Positions 1-10,875 of a stretch of DNA of 64,000 bases are shown here, piece after piece. Location of the stretch: contig NC_090355.1 of assembly GCF_035084215.1 (NCBI RefSeq), positions 34,472,001 through 34,536,000 of the forward strand, read 5' to 3'. Within the stretch, counting starts at the first letter, position 1. Each line of letters begins with the position of its first letter. Under the pieces are notes generated by a model that saw nothing but the letters and a program-made list of their open reading frames with translations, had not been told where the DNA came from and made no database searches. Source of the stretch: Heptranchias perlo. Lineage: Eukaryota. The position numbers and the translations under genes were made by a program.

Positions 1-44
1 TAAACCACGAGGGAAGTGAGCTGACAAGAAGAACATTCAGGGAT

Positions 45-422
45 TACATAGAATTTACAGCTCAGAAACAGGCCATTCGGCTCAACTGGTCCATGCCGGT
101 GTTTATGCTCCACACGAGCCTCCTCTCACCTTACTTCATCTTACCCTATCAGCATATCCTTCTATTCCTTTCTCCCTCATGCGTTTATCTGGCTTCCCCT
201 TAAATGTATCAATGCTATTCGCCTCAACTACTCCTTGTGGTAGCGAGTTCCACATTTTAAACAATCTCTGGGTAAAGAAGTTTCTCCTGAATTCCCAATC
301 GGATTTATTAGTGACTATCTTATATTTATGGGCCCCTAGTTCTGGTCTCCCCCACAAGTGGAAACATCTTCTCTACGTCTACCCTATCAAACTCCTTCAT
401 AATTTTAAAGACCTCTATCAGG
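45..422 (-). mobile_element. CR1 LINE 3' fragment
   Basis: RRNFFTQR..WNSLPQGVVEA..FK; tail ggccgaatggcctgtttctg. Confidence 0.85.
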
Positions 423-1264
423 ATGAGAAAGGCCATTCTTTATATCGAAGCTCGTTCCTCTGTCGCATTAACTCTCCCATCACTGAGACTGATAGTTGTG
501 ATCGCCACCCACTGTCGGAGGTGCCGTCTTTCAGATGAAACATTAAACCGAGGCCCCGTCTGCCCTCTCAGGTGGACGTAAAAGGTCCCACGGCCACTAT
601 TCAAAGAAAAGCAGGGGAGTTCTCTCCGGTGTCCTAGCCAATATTTATCCTTCAACCAACATCACCATGATCTAATTGAATGGCAGAACAGGCTCGAGGG
701 GCTGAATGTCCTCGTCCTCTTCCTAATGTTCCTGGATGGGTTGAATAGCCCTCCCAGTCTGTAATTATCTTGGGAACCCTCGGCCACTTGCTCTGTTGAA
801 CCACTTCCAGTTTCTAAAAGCATAGGAACAGGAGGAGGCCATTCAGCCCCTCGAGCCTGTTCCGCCATTCAATTAGATCATGGCTGTATCTTAACTCCAA
901 CTACCCGTCTGGGTTCCGTAATTCTTAATAGCCTTGCCTAACAAAAATCTATCGACCTCAGTTTTGAAATTTTCAATTGACCCCCAGCATCAACAGCTTT
1001 TTGGGGGTGAGAAAGAAGAACTTGCATTTATATAACGCCTTTCACAACCTCAGGATGTCCTAAAGCGCTTTACAGCCAATGAAGTACTTTTGAAGTGTTG
1101 TCACTATTGTAATGTAGGAAAAGCGGCAGCCAATTTGCACACAGCAAGATCCCACAAACAACAAGTGTTCCAGATTTTCACTACTCCTTGCTGAAGAAGT
1201 GCTTCCTGACTTCACCCCCTAGTCACTCCCCCCCCCCCCCCTCGATTTTGTGCTTTGGACTTAC

Positions 1265-1422
1265 ATGTTGACGAGACGGTCGCAGATCTCACTGGGGAGG
1301 AAGACGTCGGGGTGGAGTCTCAGCGTCTCATTGTCTTGCATGTAGCACAGGGTTCCCTCCAGGTTCCGCAGGCAGTACTTGGTGCACAGAGTCATCAGCG
1401 ACTCGGGGCTGTACGACGCCAT
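1265..1422 (-). CDS. ZER1: Protein zer-1 homolog (CRL2 substrate receptor), first coding exon; the exon spans 1265-1499 including 5'UTR and the gene continues left of the window
   Basis: Translates MASYSPESLMTLCTKYCLRNLEGTLCYMQDNETLRLHPDVFLPSEICDRLVN, matching the vertebrate ZER1 N-terminus. Acceptor ttcatctccccAG ends at 1500; donor GTAAGT at 1264-1259; 158 coding nt. Confidence 0.95.
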
Positions 1423-1534
1423 GTCTGGGAGCCCCGCCTCATTCACAGCCGGCCGAGCGGTGAGACGGTGCCGGGAGCTACACGGACATCGGGAGAGAGC
1501 TGGGGAGATGAAGGGAAACCAGCCGCTGTTACCA

Positions 1535-2260
1535 CATAGGAACACAGGAAGAACATAGGAGGAGGAGTAGGCCATTCAGCCCCTTGAGCTTGTTCTGCCA
1601 TTCAATTAGATAATGATCCGGGTCTAAGAAGGGGAAACTCAGCCAGCATTTCTGCCCCGAACACTATCTTAACTCCATTTACCAGCCCTGTTTCTGTAAA
1701 ACTTAATACCCTTAACTAACAAAAATCAATCAATCTCAGTTTTGAAATTTTCAATTGACTCCCAGCATCGACAGCTTTTTGGGGGAGAGAGTTCCAGATT
1801 TCCACTCCCCCTTTGTATGATGAAGTGCTTCCTGACATCACCCCTGAACGGCCGAGCTCTAATTTTAAGGTTATGCCCACTTGTTGTGGACTCCCCCCAC
1901 CAGAGGAAATAGTTTCTCTCTATCGACCCTATTAACTCCTTTAATCATCTTAAACACCTCAATTAGATCACCCCTTAATCTTCTATATTCAAGGGAACAC
2001 AAGCATATACAACCTGTCCTCATAATTTAACCCTTTTAGCCCCAGTATCATTCTGGTGAATCTGCACTGCACCCCCTCCAAAGCCAATATATCCTTCCTG
2101 AGGTGCGGTGCCCAGAACTGAACGCAGTATCTCCAGATAGGGTCTGACCAGAGCTTTATATAAACTGCAACATAACTTCCACCCCTTTATATTCCAGCCC
2201 CCACGAGGTAAAGCCCAACATTCCATTAGCCTTCTAATTATTTTCCGTACCTATCCACTA
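1535..2260 (-). mobile_element. CR1 LINE 3' fragment
   Basis: LYKALVRPYLE remnant; tail ggctgaatggcctactcct...cctatgt. Confidence 0.85.
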
Positions 2261-2304
2261 CCAGCACAAGTAGTTGATTATCGATTTTAAATCAAATGTA
2301 AATA

Positions 2305-2660
2305 CGCTGGCTCACTGGGCCCAGTGTGGTTCTGAGCCCTAGAGGAAACCCCAGGATTGATTCCCAGTCTGTGATGAGTTAGCTGGGCAGCAGTGGGAGG
2401 GCAATTACAGTTGATCCCAGTGTCCCGGGTCTAGGAAGGGGAAACTCAGTCAGGGTTTCTGCCCCGAACACTCTCCTGCTGGAAACTGCATCTGCACATT
2501 GGGTGAGGGTGATCCTGATGCCCTCCACGGTTCAATAACCTGTCAACTCTCACTGTCCGCATGAAGCACGGCCACTAGGGTGAGGAACCCCAATGAGCCG
2601 CAGCTTCCTGTGGAATTAACACCTGCAAAGGTCAGGGCCTTCAGGAGAGAAGCGGAGAAG
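2305..2660 (+). repeat. Old, diverged SINE-like interspersed repeat (copies ~10915-11215 +, ~13830-13955 +, ~22935-23195 -, ~54545-54725 +, ~60625-60860 +)
   Basis: Shared motifs ccagg(t/a)t(t/g)gatcccag..tg(c/t)tgagttagctgatctcag, gacaggatcgggct..ctgtgatgcc, ggccact(a/t)gggtgaggta. Confidence 0.6.
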
Positions 2661-2785
2661 ACAACACCATTCAGCTCATCGATCTAGTGCCCAGTCCCTT
2701 AGCTCAATCAGTGGAATTAAATTGGCAAAGGAATTCTTAGAAGGGGACCACAGTATGATGGTCGTGTCATCGACCTCGCACCAGG

Positions 2786-2951
2786 CTTTCCCGACCAATC
2801 CCTGCCCCTGACTATCCTGACCAATCAATGCCCCCTGACTCTTCCGATCAATCACTGCCTCTGACTATCTTGACCAATCACTGCCCCCAACTCTTCCAAC
2901 CAATCACTGCCCGACTCTCCCGACCAATCACTGCCCCTGACTCCCCTGACC
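2786..2951 (+). repeat. Minisatellite, ~26-bp unit x6 (ctctcccgaCCAATcactgcccctga)
   Basis: Six diverged tandem units read directly. Confidence 0.9.
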
Positions 2952-3439
2952 CTTTGCCAGCCCGACACGACCTCTGAACTCCATGCAGTCAAAGTATCAA
3001 TGCTTGAGTGAACAGCAGAAATTGAACTGAAGCAGCTCTAACTGTAACTGAAGCAAAACACTGCTATAATTCAATGTTCTAACAGCACAGGGGCCAAGGG
3101 AGTGTGAGGCAGGAGGCAGCAGCGGGTGGAACATCACAGCTGTGTGAAATCCATTTGGGGAAGATGGGCTACTCACTGTCAAGGCAATTCAATTCATTCA
3201 AACAACTTGGAAAGTACTGAGAGAATTTTGTTGCAACATTTTGTTTGTTTAAACTGGGTATTCATTTACCACCAATTCATTTAGATGGACTTGCTGTAAT
3301 TGGCTTTTATTTACAAGTAGGACAACTTCAAACAACTCACCGAGCTGTAACGGACAAACTGAAGTTTCAGTCTCCAGGACACACTGTACTATACAGAGAA
3401 TCACCCAACAATACCTCAACCAGAACCAAATTCTGATAA

Positions 3440-4917
3440 ATACTGCCAGATCCTCCCTGGCAACAGGTGTGATGCCAGAGGATTGGAGGACTGCTAACGT
3501 TGTACCATTGTTTAAAAAAGGGAGAAAGAGTTGGACCGAGTATTTATAGGCCAGTCTGTCTAACCTCGGTGGTGGGCAAATTATTGGAATCAATTCTGAG
3601 GGACAGCATAAATTGAGATTTAGAAAGGCACGGGTTAATCAAGGACAGTCAACATGGATTAGTTAAGGGAAGGTCGTGTCTGACTAACTTGATTGAATTT
3701 TTTGAGGAGGTAACAAGGAGGGTCAATGAGGGTAACGCGACTGATGTAGCGTACATGGATTTTAGCAAGGATCTTGACAAGGTCCCATGTGGAAGACTGG
3801 TCAGAAAAGTAAAAGCCCATGGGATCCAAGGGTAAGTGGCTAGTTGGATCCAAAATTGGCTCAGTGGCAGGAAGCAAAGGGTAATGGTTGACGGGTGTTT
3901 TTGCAACTGGAAGGCTGTTTCCAGTGGGGTTCCGCAAGACTCAGTACTAGGTCCCTTGCTTTTTGTGATATATATTAATGATTTGGATTTGAATGGGGGA
4001 CTCAAGAAGTTTGCAGATGATACAAAAATTGGCCGTGTGGTTGATAGTGAGGAGGAAAGCTGTAGACTGCAGGAAGCTATCAATGGACTGGTCAGGTGGG
4101 CAGGAAAGTGGCAAATGGAATTCAATCCAGAGAAGTGTGAGGTATTGCATTTGGGGAGGGCAAACAAGGCAAGGGAGTACACAATAAATAGGAGGGTACT
4201 GAGAGATATGGAGGATCAAAGGGACCTTGGAGTGCATGTCCATAGATCCCTGAAGGTAGCAGGACAGGTAGATAAGGTGGTTAAAAAGGCATACGGGATA
4301 CTTTCCTTTATTAGCCAAGGCATAGAGTAGAAGAGCAGGGAGATTATGTTAGAACTGTATAAAACATTGGTTAGGCCAGAGCTTGAGTACTGCGTACAGT
4401 TCTGGTCACATTACAGGAAAGATGTGATTGCACTAGAGAGGTTACAGAGGAGATTTACGAGGATGTTGCCAGGGCTGGAGAATTTTAGCTATGGGAAAAG
4501 ATTGGATAGACTGGGGTTGTTTTCTTTGGAACAAAGGAGGCTGAGGGGAGATTTAATTGTGGTATATAAAATTATAATAGGACTAGATAGATTGGATAGG
4601 GAGGACCTATTCCCCTTAGCAGAGGGGTCAGTGACCAAGGGCATAGATTTAAAGTAATTGGTAGAAGGATTTGAGGGGAGCTGAGGAGAATTTTTTTTCA
4701 CCCAGAGGGTGGTGGAACTCACTGCCTGAAAGGGTGGTAGAGGCAGAAACCCTCAACTCATTTAAAAAGTACTTGGATGTGCACTTGAAGTGCTGTAACC
4801 TACAGGGCTACGGACCATGTGCTGAAAAGTGGGATTAAGCTGGATAGCTCTTTTTCGGCTGGCACAGACATGATGGGCTGAATGGCCTCCTTCTGTGCCG
4901 TAACTTTCTATGATTCT
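3440..4917 (+). mobile_element. CR1-clade LINE, 5'-truncated ORF2 (RT) + 3' tail
   Basis: WIQNWLSGRKQRV, SGVPQDSVLGPLLF, KFADDTK, LYKTLVRPELEYCVQFW; ends ...ttctatgattcta. Confidence 0.95.
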
Positions 4918-4919
4918 AA

Positions 4920-5335
4920 AGGCTGGGCTTGATCTCCTTAGAGCAGAGAAGATTAAGGGGAGATTTAATTGAGGTGTTCAAAATTATGAGGGGTATTGAT
5001 AGTGTAAATAAGGAGAAACTGTTTCCACTGGCAGAACGTCGGTAACCAGAGGACACAGATTTAAGATAATTGGCAAAAGAACCAGAGGGGGGAGATAGGA
5101 GAATTTTTTTTTTTACACACAGCGAGTTGTTATGATCTGGAATGCACTGCCTGAAATGGTGGTAGAAGCAGATTCAATAGTGATTTTCAAAAAGAAACTG
5201 GATAAATAGTGGAAGGGAAAAAATTTGCAGGACTATGGGGAAAGAACAGGGGAGTGGGACTAATTGGATAGCTCTTTCAAAGAGCCGGGACAGGCACAAT
5301 GGGCCGAACGGCCTCCTGTGCTGTATGATTCTGTG
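4920..5335 (+). mobile_element. CR1 LINE 3' fragment
   Basis: LEQRRLRGDLIEVFKIM-type end and tail ggccgaacggcctcctgtgctgtatgattct. Confidence 0.85.
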
Positions 5336-6421
5336 TTAAATCGAGCATTAAGGCCAGTCTCGTTTTCTTTCTGTTTAAATGCTGCAGCCAGGCTCGGAAC
5401 CACGAGCTACTCCGGGTGGAGAAAGAGATGCAGTACTGAGAGAGACACAGAGCTATGGAACCTTTCACCTTCCTCAGTCTTCTCCTTCTCCCACAATCTT
5501 CAACAATTCTACAAATCAAGTTTGATATCACCTACCCACGATCCCTGATTTACTTCATCCTGTCTCCTACTCTATTCATCTACATCATGTCCTGCACTGT
5601 GCACCTTGCCTGTCACCAAGGTTTCGTAAGTCACTGTTGTAATGTGGGAAACACGGCAGACGATTTGCGCACAGCAAGGTCCCACAAACAGCGATTCAAT
5701 AAATGACCAGATCATCTGTTTTTTAGGTGTTGGTCGAGGGACAAATATCATCCAGGACACCCCTGCTTTTCTTCGAATAGTGGCCGTGGGATCTTTTACG
5801 TTGACCTGTGAGGGCAGACGGGACCTCGGCTTCACATCTCATCCGAAAGACGGCACCTCTGACAGTGCAGCACTGCCTCGGTACTGGCACGGGGAATGTC
5901 AGCCTGGATTATGTGATCAAATCTCCGCAGTGAGGCTTGGAACTCACGACCTCCAGAGAGCTGCCACTGAGCCAAGACGGACACCGGATCTCTGTCTGGG
6001 GATCTACGCCCGACCAATCGTTCTCCAGGATCCTGTGCCCGAGGCCAGGCTTTTGCACCCAACCAATTACCAGCCAGGATCCATGGGTTTATCACATTAC
6101 AGTGATCACTACTGGAGGGAGGGGGGGGGGGGGGCTGGGGTCAGAGGTCAGATCAGGTGATGGCTCCACAGTTGAATGGCCCATTGACACTCACTGTTTT
6201 CCCCCGCCCCACAAGTCCTGGCCTTCAGGCCACCCCCCTCCTCTCTCTCTCTCTCTCCCTCCCACTCCCACTCCCCACCCCTCAGGCCCCGCTCTCTTCC
6301 CCCCCCAATCTCCCAAGGCCCTTGTCCTTCTCCCCGGCCTCTTCGATCTCGGTTGCCGGGGCCGCCTGTGTCCCAGGTCGCCACCCCCCGCCCCCCGGGC
6401 CGGGTCATGGCGGCTGCCCAC

Positions 6422-6580
6422 CTGCTCCTCCTGCCGCTCCCGCCGCCGCTCCGATTCTTCAAAGAAAAATGTTCCCCTTTTTTTTTCAAATCGAACTCCG
6501 TCCGCGGCTGTCAACAAACTCCAGCTCCACTTCCGGGTCACCGGACCCCCCCGGCCTGTCAATCATTAACTACTTCCGGT
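6422..6580 (-). other. ZER1: Probable non-coding exon 1 of ZER1 (5' boundary approximate)
   Basis: CpG/GC-rich segment with minus-strand donor gagcag|GTGGGC at 6421-6416, upstream of the ZER1 coding exon and divergent from TBC1D13. Confidence 0.55.
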
Positions 6581-6991
6581 GTGAAACCGGTCCGCCCCAC
6601 GGGAAAAAATCCGTTAGAAACAAATACATGATGGAAAATAAAATTAATGCCCACCACGTCCTTTTAAAGATTTATAACTGTAACTATTTAACATTTATGA
6701 TTTACTCATCTATTTATTATGACTTTTGTGATTGCTATTTCTAACGGAGATCAAGATTTATAATTTACAAAAATTATTTGAATCTAACTAGCTCTAAAGT
6801 AAAAGTATTTAAATCTTAAAATACTAATATAAGTACCGGGATATTTTTTAATCAAAATTTCCAGCGTGAATCCCATAGTGGGCGGATAATTATTTGATCC
6901 TGAGGTAATATGTCCATGTTTCTGGTCGGACCCATTGCTCCTAACATCGGTTTCCGGTAGCGCACTGCCTGCCGGGAAATAGGAAGTCAAC

Positions 6992-7014
6992 ATGTCGACT
7001 CTGTACAAGAACAG
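6992..7014 (+). CDS. TBC1D13: TBC1 domain family member 13 (Rab GAP), exon 1
   Basis: caacATG; MSTLYKNR; donor AG|GTGAGG; phase joins exon 2. Confidence 0.9.
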
Positions 7015-7248
7015 GTGAGGAGGGAAAATGGAGGCGGGACTGTGGTCGGCGGCCGGGCTTCCCCGCTAATGACAGGCATTGTGCAAGCAGGAGCCGGCCT
7101 ACAGGGTTCCTCCCTCTTAATGGCAGGGTAAAGTCTGAATGCACATCGAGGGCAGGGACGCTGGGCCCGGGGGGGGGGAACCAAGAGCCCATTTAAACAG
7201 GTGTGTTCTCCATCACCTGAGTGAGGGGCTGCGGAGTTGGTCTTTTTA

Positions 7249-7550
7249 CCCCCCTCCCTCTCTCTCCTCTCCTCTCCCCTCTCCCTTCCCCCTCCTTTCC
7301 CTTCCCTCCCCTCCCCCTCCTTCCCTCTTCCTCCTTCCCTCCCCTCTCTCTCCCCCTCCTTCCCTCCCCTCTCTCTCCCCCTCCTTCCCTCCCCTCTCTC
7401 TCCCCCTCCTTCCCTCCCCTCTCTCTCCCCCTCCTTCCCTCCCCTCTCTCTCCCCCTCCTTCCCTCCCCTCTCTCTCCCCCTCCTTCCCTCCCCTCTCTC
7501 TCCCCCTCCTTCCCTCCCCTCTCTCTCCCCCTCCTTCCCTCTCCCTCCTT
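7249..7550 (+). repeat. Pure polypyrimidine tract with 25-bp minisatellite (ctccttccctcccctctctctcccc) x~8
   Basis: About 300 bp of only C/T; perfect units from ~7331 to ~7540. Confidence 0.95.
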
Positions 7551-8269
7551 GGCTGACAGTGCCAGAGACCAATAGGACCAACCTGCACCCCCCCATCCCC
7601 CAGGCTGTGGGGCTTTTTTCTTTTTGGCATAATCTTAACCACAAGTGCCAGAAATTGATGAAAAGTGTCTGAAATCGCACTCTTCTGTGTTGTGGGACTT
7701 TAAACGTCGACTGTCTGCTCCTCAAAGGGTTTGACCCAAAATTGACTGTCTTTCCTCTCCTCGTGCTGACTGGCCTGCTTGTGTATCTCAACAGCAGCTT
7801 ACATTTATACGGTGCCTTTAATGTGGTAACATGTCCTGAGGCGCTTCACAGGAGTGTAATCAAACAAACATTAACACTGAGCCACATAAGGAGCTATTAG
7901 GGCAGGTTACCAAAAGCTTGGTCAAAGAGGTAGGTTTTAATGAGCATCTTAAAGGAGTAAAGAGAGGCGGAGAGGTTTAGGGAGGGAATTCCAGAGCTTG
8001 GTGACGAGGCAGCTGAAGGCACAGCTGCTGGTGGTGGAGTGATTAAAATTGGGGCTGCGCAAGAGGCCAGACTAGGAGGAGTGCAGAGATCTCCAACTTG
8101 TTTTTGTTTCAGATTTTCAGCATCTGCAGTGTTTTGCTTTTTACTTGTGTCATTTAGTGTTGTATTTGGGTTGCAGCTGATCTGGGCTGCTTGAATGTTT
8201 TGAAAATATGAGCCAGGGCACTCAAAAGGCTGTGATTCAATATAGGAGCCCATTTTTACATTGAACTAC

Positions 8270-9060
8270 ATACAATGTACAACACAGAAACAGGCCATTC
8301 GGCCCAACTGGTCTATGCCGGTGCTTATGCTCCACACGAGCCTCCTAACACCCTACTTCATCTCACCCTACCTGCATTACCTTCTATTTCTTTCTCCTTC
8401 ATGTGTTTATCCAGCTTCCCCTTAAATGCTGTATGCTATTCGCCTCAACTAATCCTTGTGGTAGCGAGTTCCATATTCTCACCACTCTGGATAAAGAAAT
8501 TTCTCCTGAATTCCCTATTGCATTTATTAGTGACTCTCTTATATTTATGGCCTTAGTTTTGGTCTCTCCCACAAGTGGAAACAACTTCTCTCTGTCTACC
8601 CTATCAAACCCTTTATACTCTCAAGGACCTCTATCAGGTCACCCCTTCAGCCCTCTCTTTTCTAGAGAAAAGAGCCCCAGCAATCTTTCCTGATGGTGGT
8701 GGAGTGATTAAAATTGGATATAACCTCTCAGTTCTGGTATCATCCTTGTAAATCTTTTTTGCTCCTTCTCCAGTGCCTCTATCTCCTTTTTATAATATGG
8801 AGACCAGAACTGTGCACAGTATTCAGTATGGTCTAACCAAAGTTCTATACAAGTTTGACATAACTTCTCTGCTTTTCAATTCTGTGCCTCTAGAAATGAA
8901 CCCAAATGCTTTGTTTGCTTTTTTCATGGCCTAATTAACCTGTGCGCTACTTTTAGTGATTTGTGTATCTGTACCTCCAGATCCCTTTGCTCCTCTATCC
9001 TATTTAGACTCTTATTTTCTAAGGAGTACGTGGCTTCCTTATTCTTCCTACCAAAATGCA
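8270..9060 (-). mobile_element. CR1 LINE 3' fragment
   Basis: VVRIWNSLPQGLVEANS; same tail as 45-422. Confidence 0.85.
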
Positions 9061-9164
9061 TCTATTATGTTTTATGATGTAGAGATATTTTAGTTATTAA
9101 AGTTTTCAATGAATTTTCCTCAGCAAAGAAAATGATCAGCTCAAGCCACAACTCCATTCTCTGC

Positions 9165-9697
9165 CTCTCTCTGTAACCTCCTCCGGCCCTACAACCCTCC
9201 CTCCCTCTCTCTCTCTGTAACCTCCTCCCTCCCTACAACCCTCCCTCCCTACAACCCTCCCTCCCTCTCTCTCTCTGTAACCTCCTCCGGCCCTACAACC
9301 CTCCCCCGGCCCTACAACCCTCCCCCTCTCTCTCTCTGTAACCTCCTCCGGCCCTACAACCCTCCCCCTCTCTCTCTCTGTAACCTCCTCCGGCCCTACA
9401 ACCCTCCCCCGGCCCTACAACCCTCCCCCTCTCTCTCTCTGTAACCTCCTCCGGCCCTACAACCCTCCCTCCCTCTCTCTCTCTGTAACCTCCTCCGGCC
9501 CTACAACCCTCCCTCCCTCTCTCTGTAACCTCCTCCGGCCCTACAACCCTCCCTCCCTACAACCCTCCCTCCCTCTCTCTCTCTGCAACCTCCTCCGGCC
9601 CTACAACCCTCCCTCTCTCTCTGCAACCTCCTCCGGCCCTACAACCCTCCCTCTCTCTCTGCAACCTCCTCCGGCCCTACAACCCTCCCTCTCTCTG
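9165..9697 (+). repeat. L2-derived minisatellite (ctctctgtaacctcctccggccctacaaccctccc, variable ~17-45-bp units)
   Basis: More than 10 tandem copies, followed by the remainder of an L2 3' end. Confidence 0.92.
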
Positions 9698-10324
9698 CGT
9701 CCCTCCAATTCTGGCCTCTTGTGCATCCCTGATTTCCTTCGCCCCACTATTGCTGGCCGCGCCTTCAGCCGTCTAGGTCCGAAGCTCCGGAATTCCCTCC
9801 CTAAACCCCTCTACCTCTCCTCCTTTAAGATGCTCCTTAAAACCTACCTCTTTGACTGAACTTTTGGTCACCTGTTCTAATATCTCATGACTTGCTGTCA
9901 AATTTTGTCTGATTACGTTCCTGTGAAGCGCCTTGGGACGTTTTTACTACATTAAGGATGCTGTATAAATACAAGTAGTTGAACCATCTTAACCTGCACT
10001 GTTTGGTTTTGGTAAAGAGCTGTGACTGTAATTGTATTTAAATGAGTTTGATGTTTAAATTGTAACTCCACAGGGTTCTTAGGATAGAAGTTTCCAGAAC
10101 ATAAGTTGATGGAGATGATTTTGGTTATTCGAACCTATTGCAATAAATTAATTGTCTTCAGCTAAAACCAAAAATTAAATTGTTGGTGACCATTAGTTTT
10201 ACTAAGTGTTGAGAGACTGTGATGCAGTAATTTTTTTTGGTGCCAATTCAGTATTGTCGCGGTGCTACAAAGTGTTTGCTCCCAAACTGAATCTCTGAAG
10301 AAGATTTTAAAAATAAGACTTTTA

Positions 10325-10875
10325 GGAACATAGGAATAGGAGTAGGCCATTCAGGCCCTCGAGCCTGTTCTGTCATTCATTTAGATCAAGGGTCATCTGT
10401 ATCTTAACTCCATCTACTCGCCTTGGTTCCATACCCTCGCCTAACAAAAATCTAACAATCTCAGTTTTGAAACTTTCAATTGACCCCCGGCCTCAACAGC
10501 TTTTTTGGGGGAGAGAGTTCCAGATTTCCACTCCCCCTTTGTGTGAAGAAATGCTTCCTGATATCACCCCTGGACGGCCTAGCTCTAATTTTAAGATTAT
10601 GCCCCCTTGTTCTGGACTCCCCCCACCAGAGGAAATAGTTTCTCTCTATCAACCCTATCAAATCCTTTAATCTTAAGCACCTCAATTAGATCACCCCTTA
10701 ATCTTCTTTACTCAAGGGAGTACAAAACCTAGTCTATGCGACTTGTCCTCCATTTAACCTTTTTAGCCCCGTTATCATTCTGGTGAATCTGCGCTGCACC
10801 CACTCCAAGGCCAATATATCCTTCCTGAGGTGCAGTGCTCTAAATGCGGTCTAACCAGTGGTTTGTATAACTGCA
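10325..10875 (-). mobile_element. CR1 LINE 3' fragment
   Basis: ESRTRGHNLKIRARPSRGDIRKHFFTQR. Confidence 0.85.

Larger units (their letters stand above)
6330..7180. promoter_or_regulatory. Head-to-head (bidirectional) promoter region of ZER1 and TBC1D13
   Basis: Two CpG-rich blocks separated by an AT-rich spacer (~6620-6870). ETS/GABP-type motifs ACTTCCGG at ~6529 and ~6572, TTTCCGGT at ~6951, and GGAAGT just before the TBC1D13 ATG. Confidence 0.65.

Noticed and set aside
5455-5620. G-poor hydrophobic ORF resembling a mitochondrial insert
   Set aside because: No recognisable mitochondrial protein; cannot be supported without a database search.
5937-6744. Several 110-210-aa ORFs over the promoter
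   Set aside because: GC-rich promoter/first-exon sequence with no recognisable protein.
7139-7791. Pro/Ser/Leu- and Gly/Arg/Glu-rich ORFs
   Set aside because: Artefacts of the C/T minisatellite, which lacks stop codons.
9165-9697. CRISPR-like periodicity
   Set aside because: No unique spacers; eukaryotic L2-derived tandem repeat.
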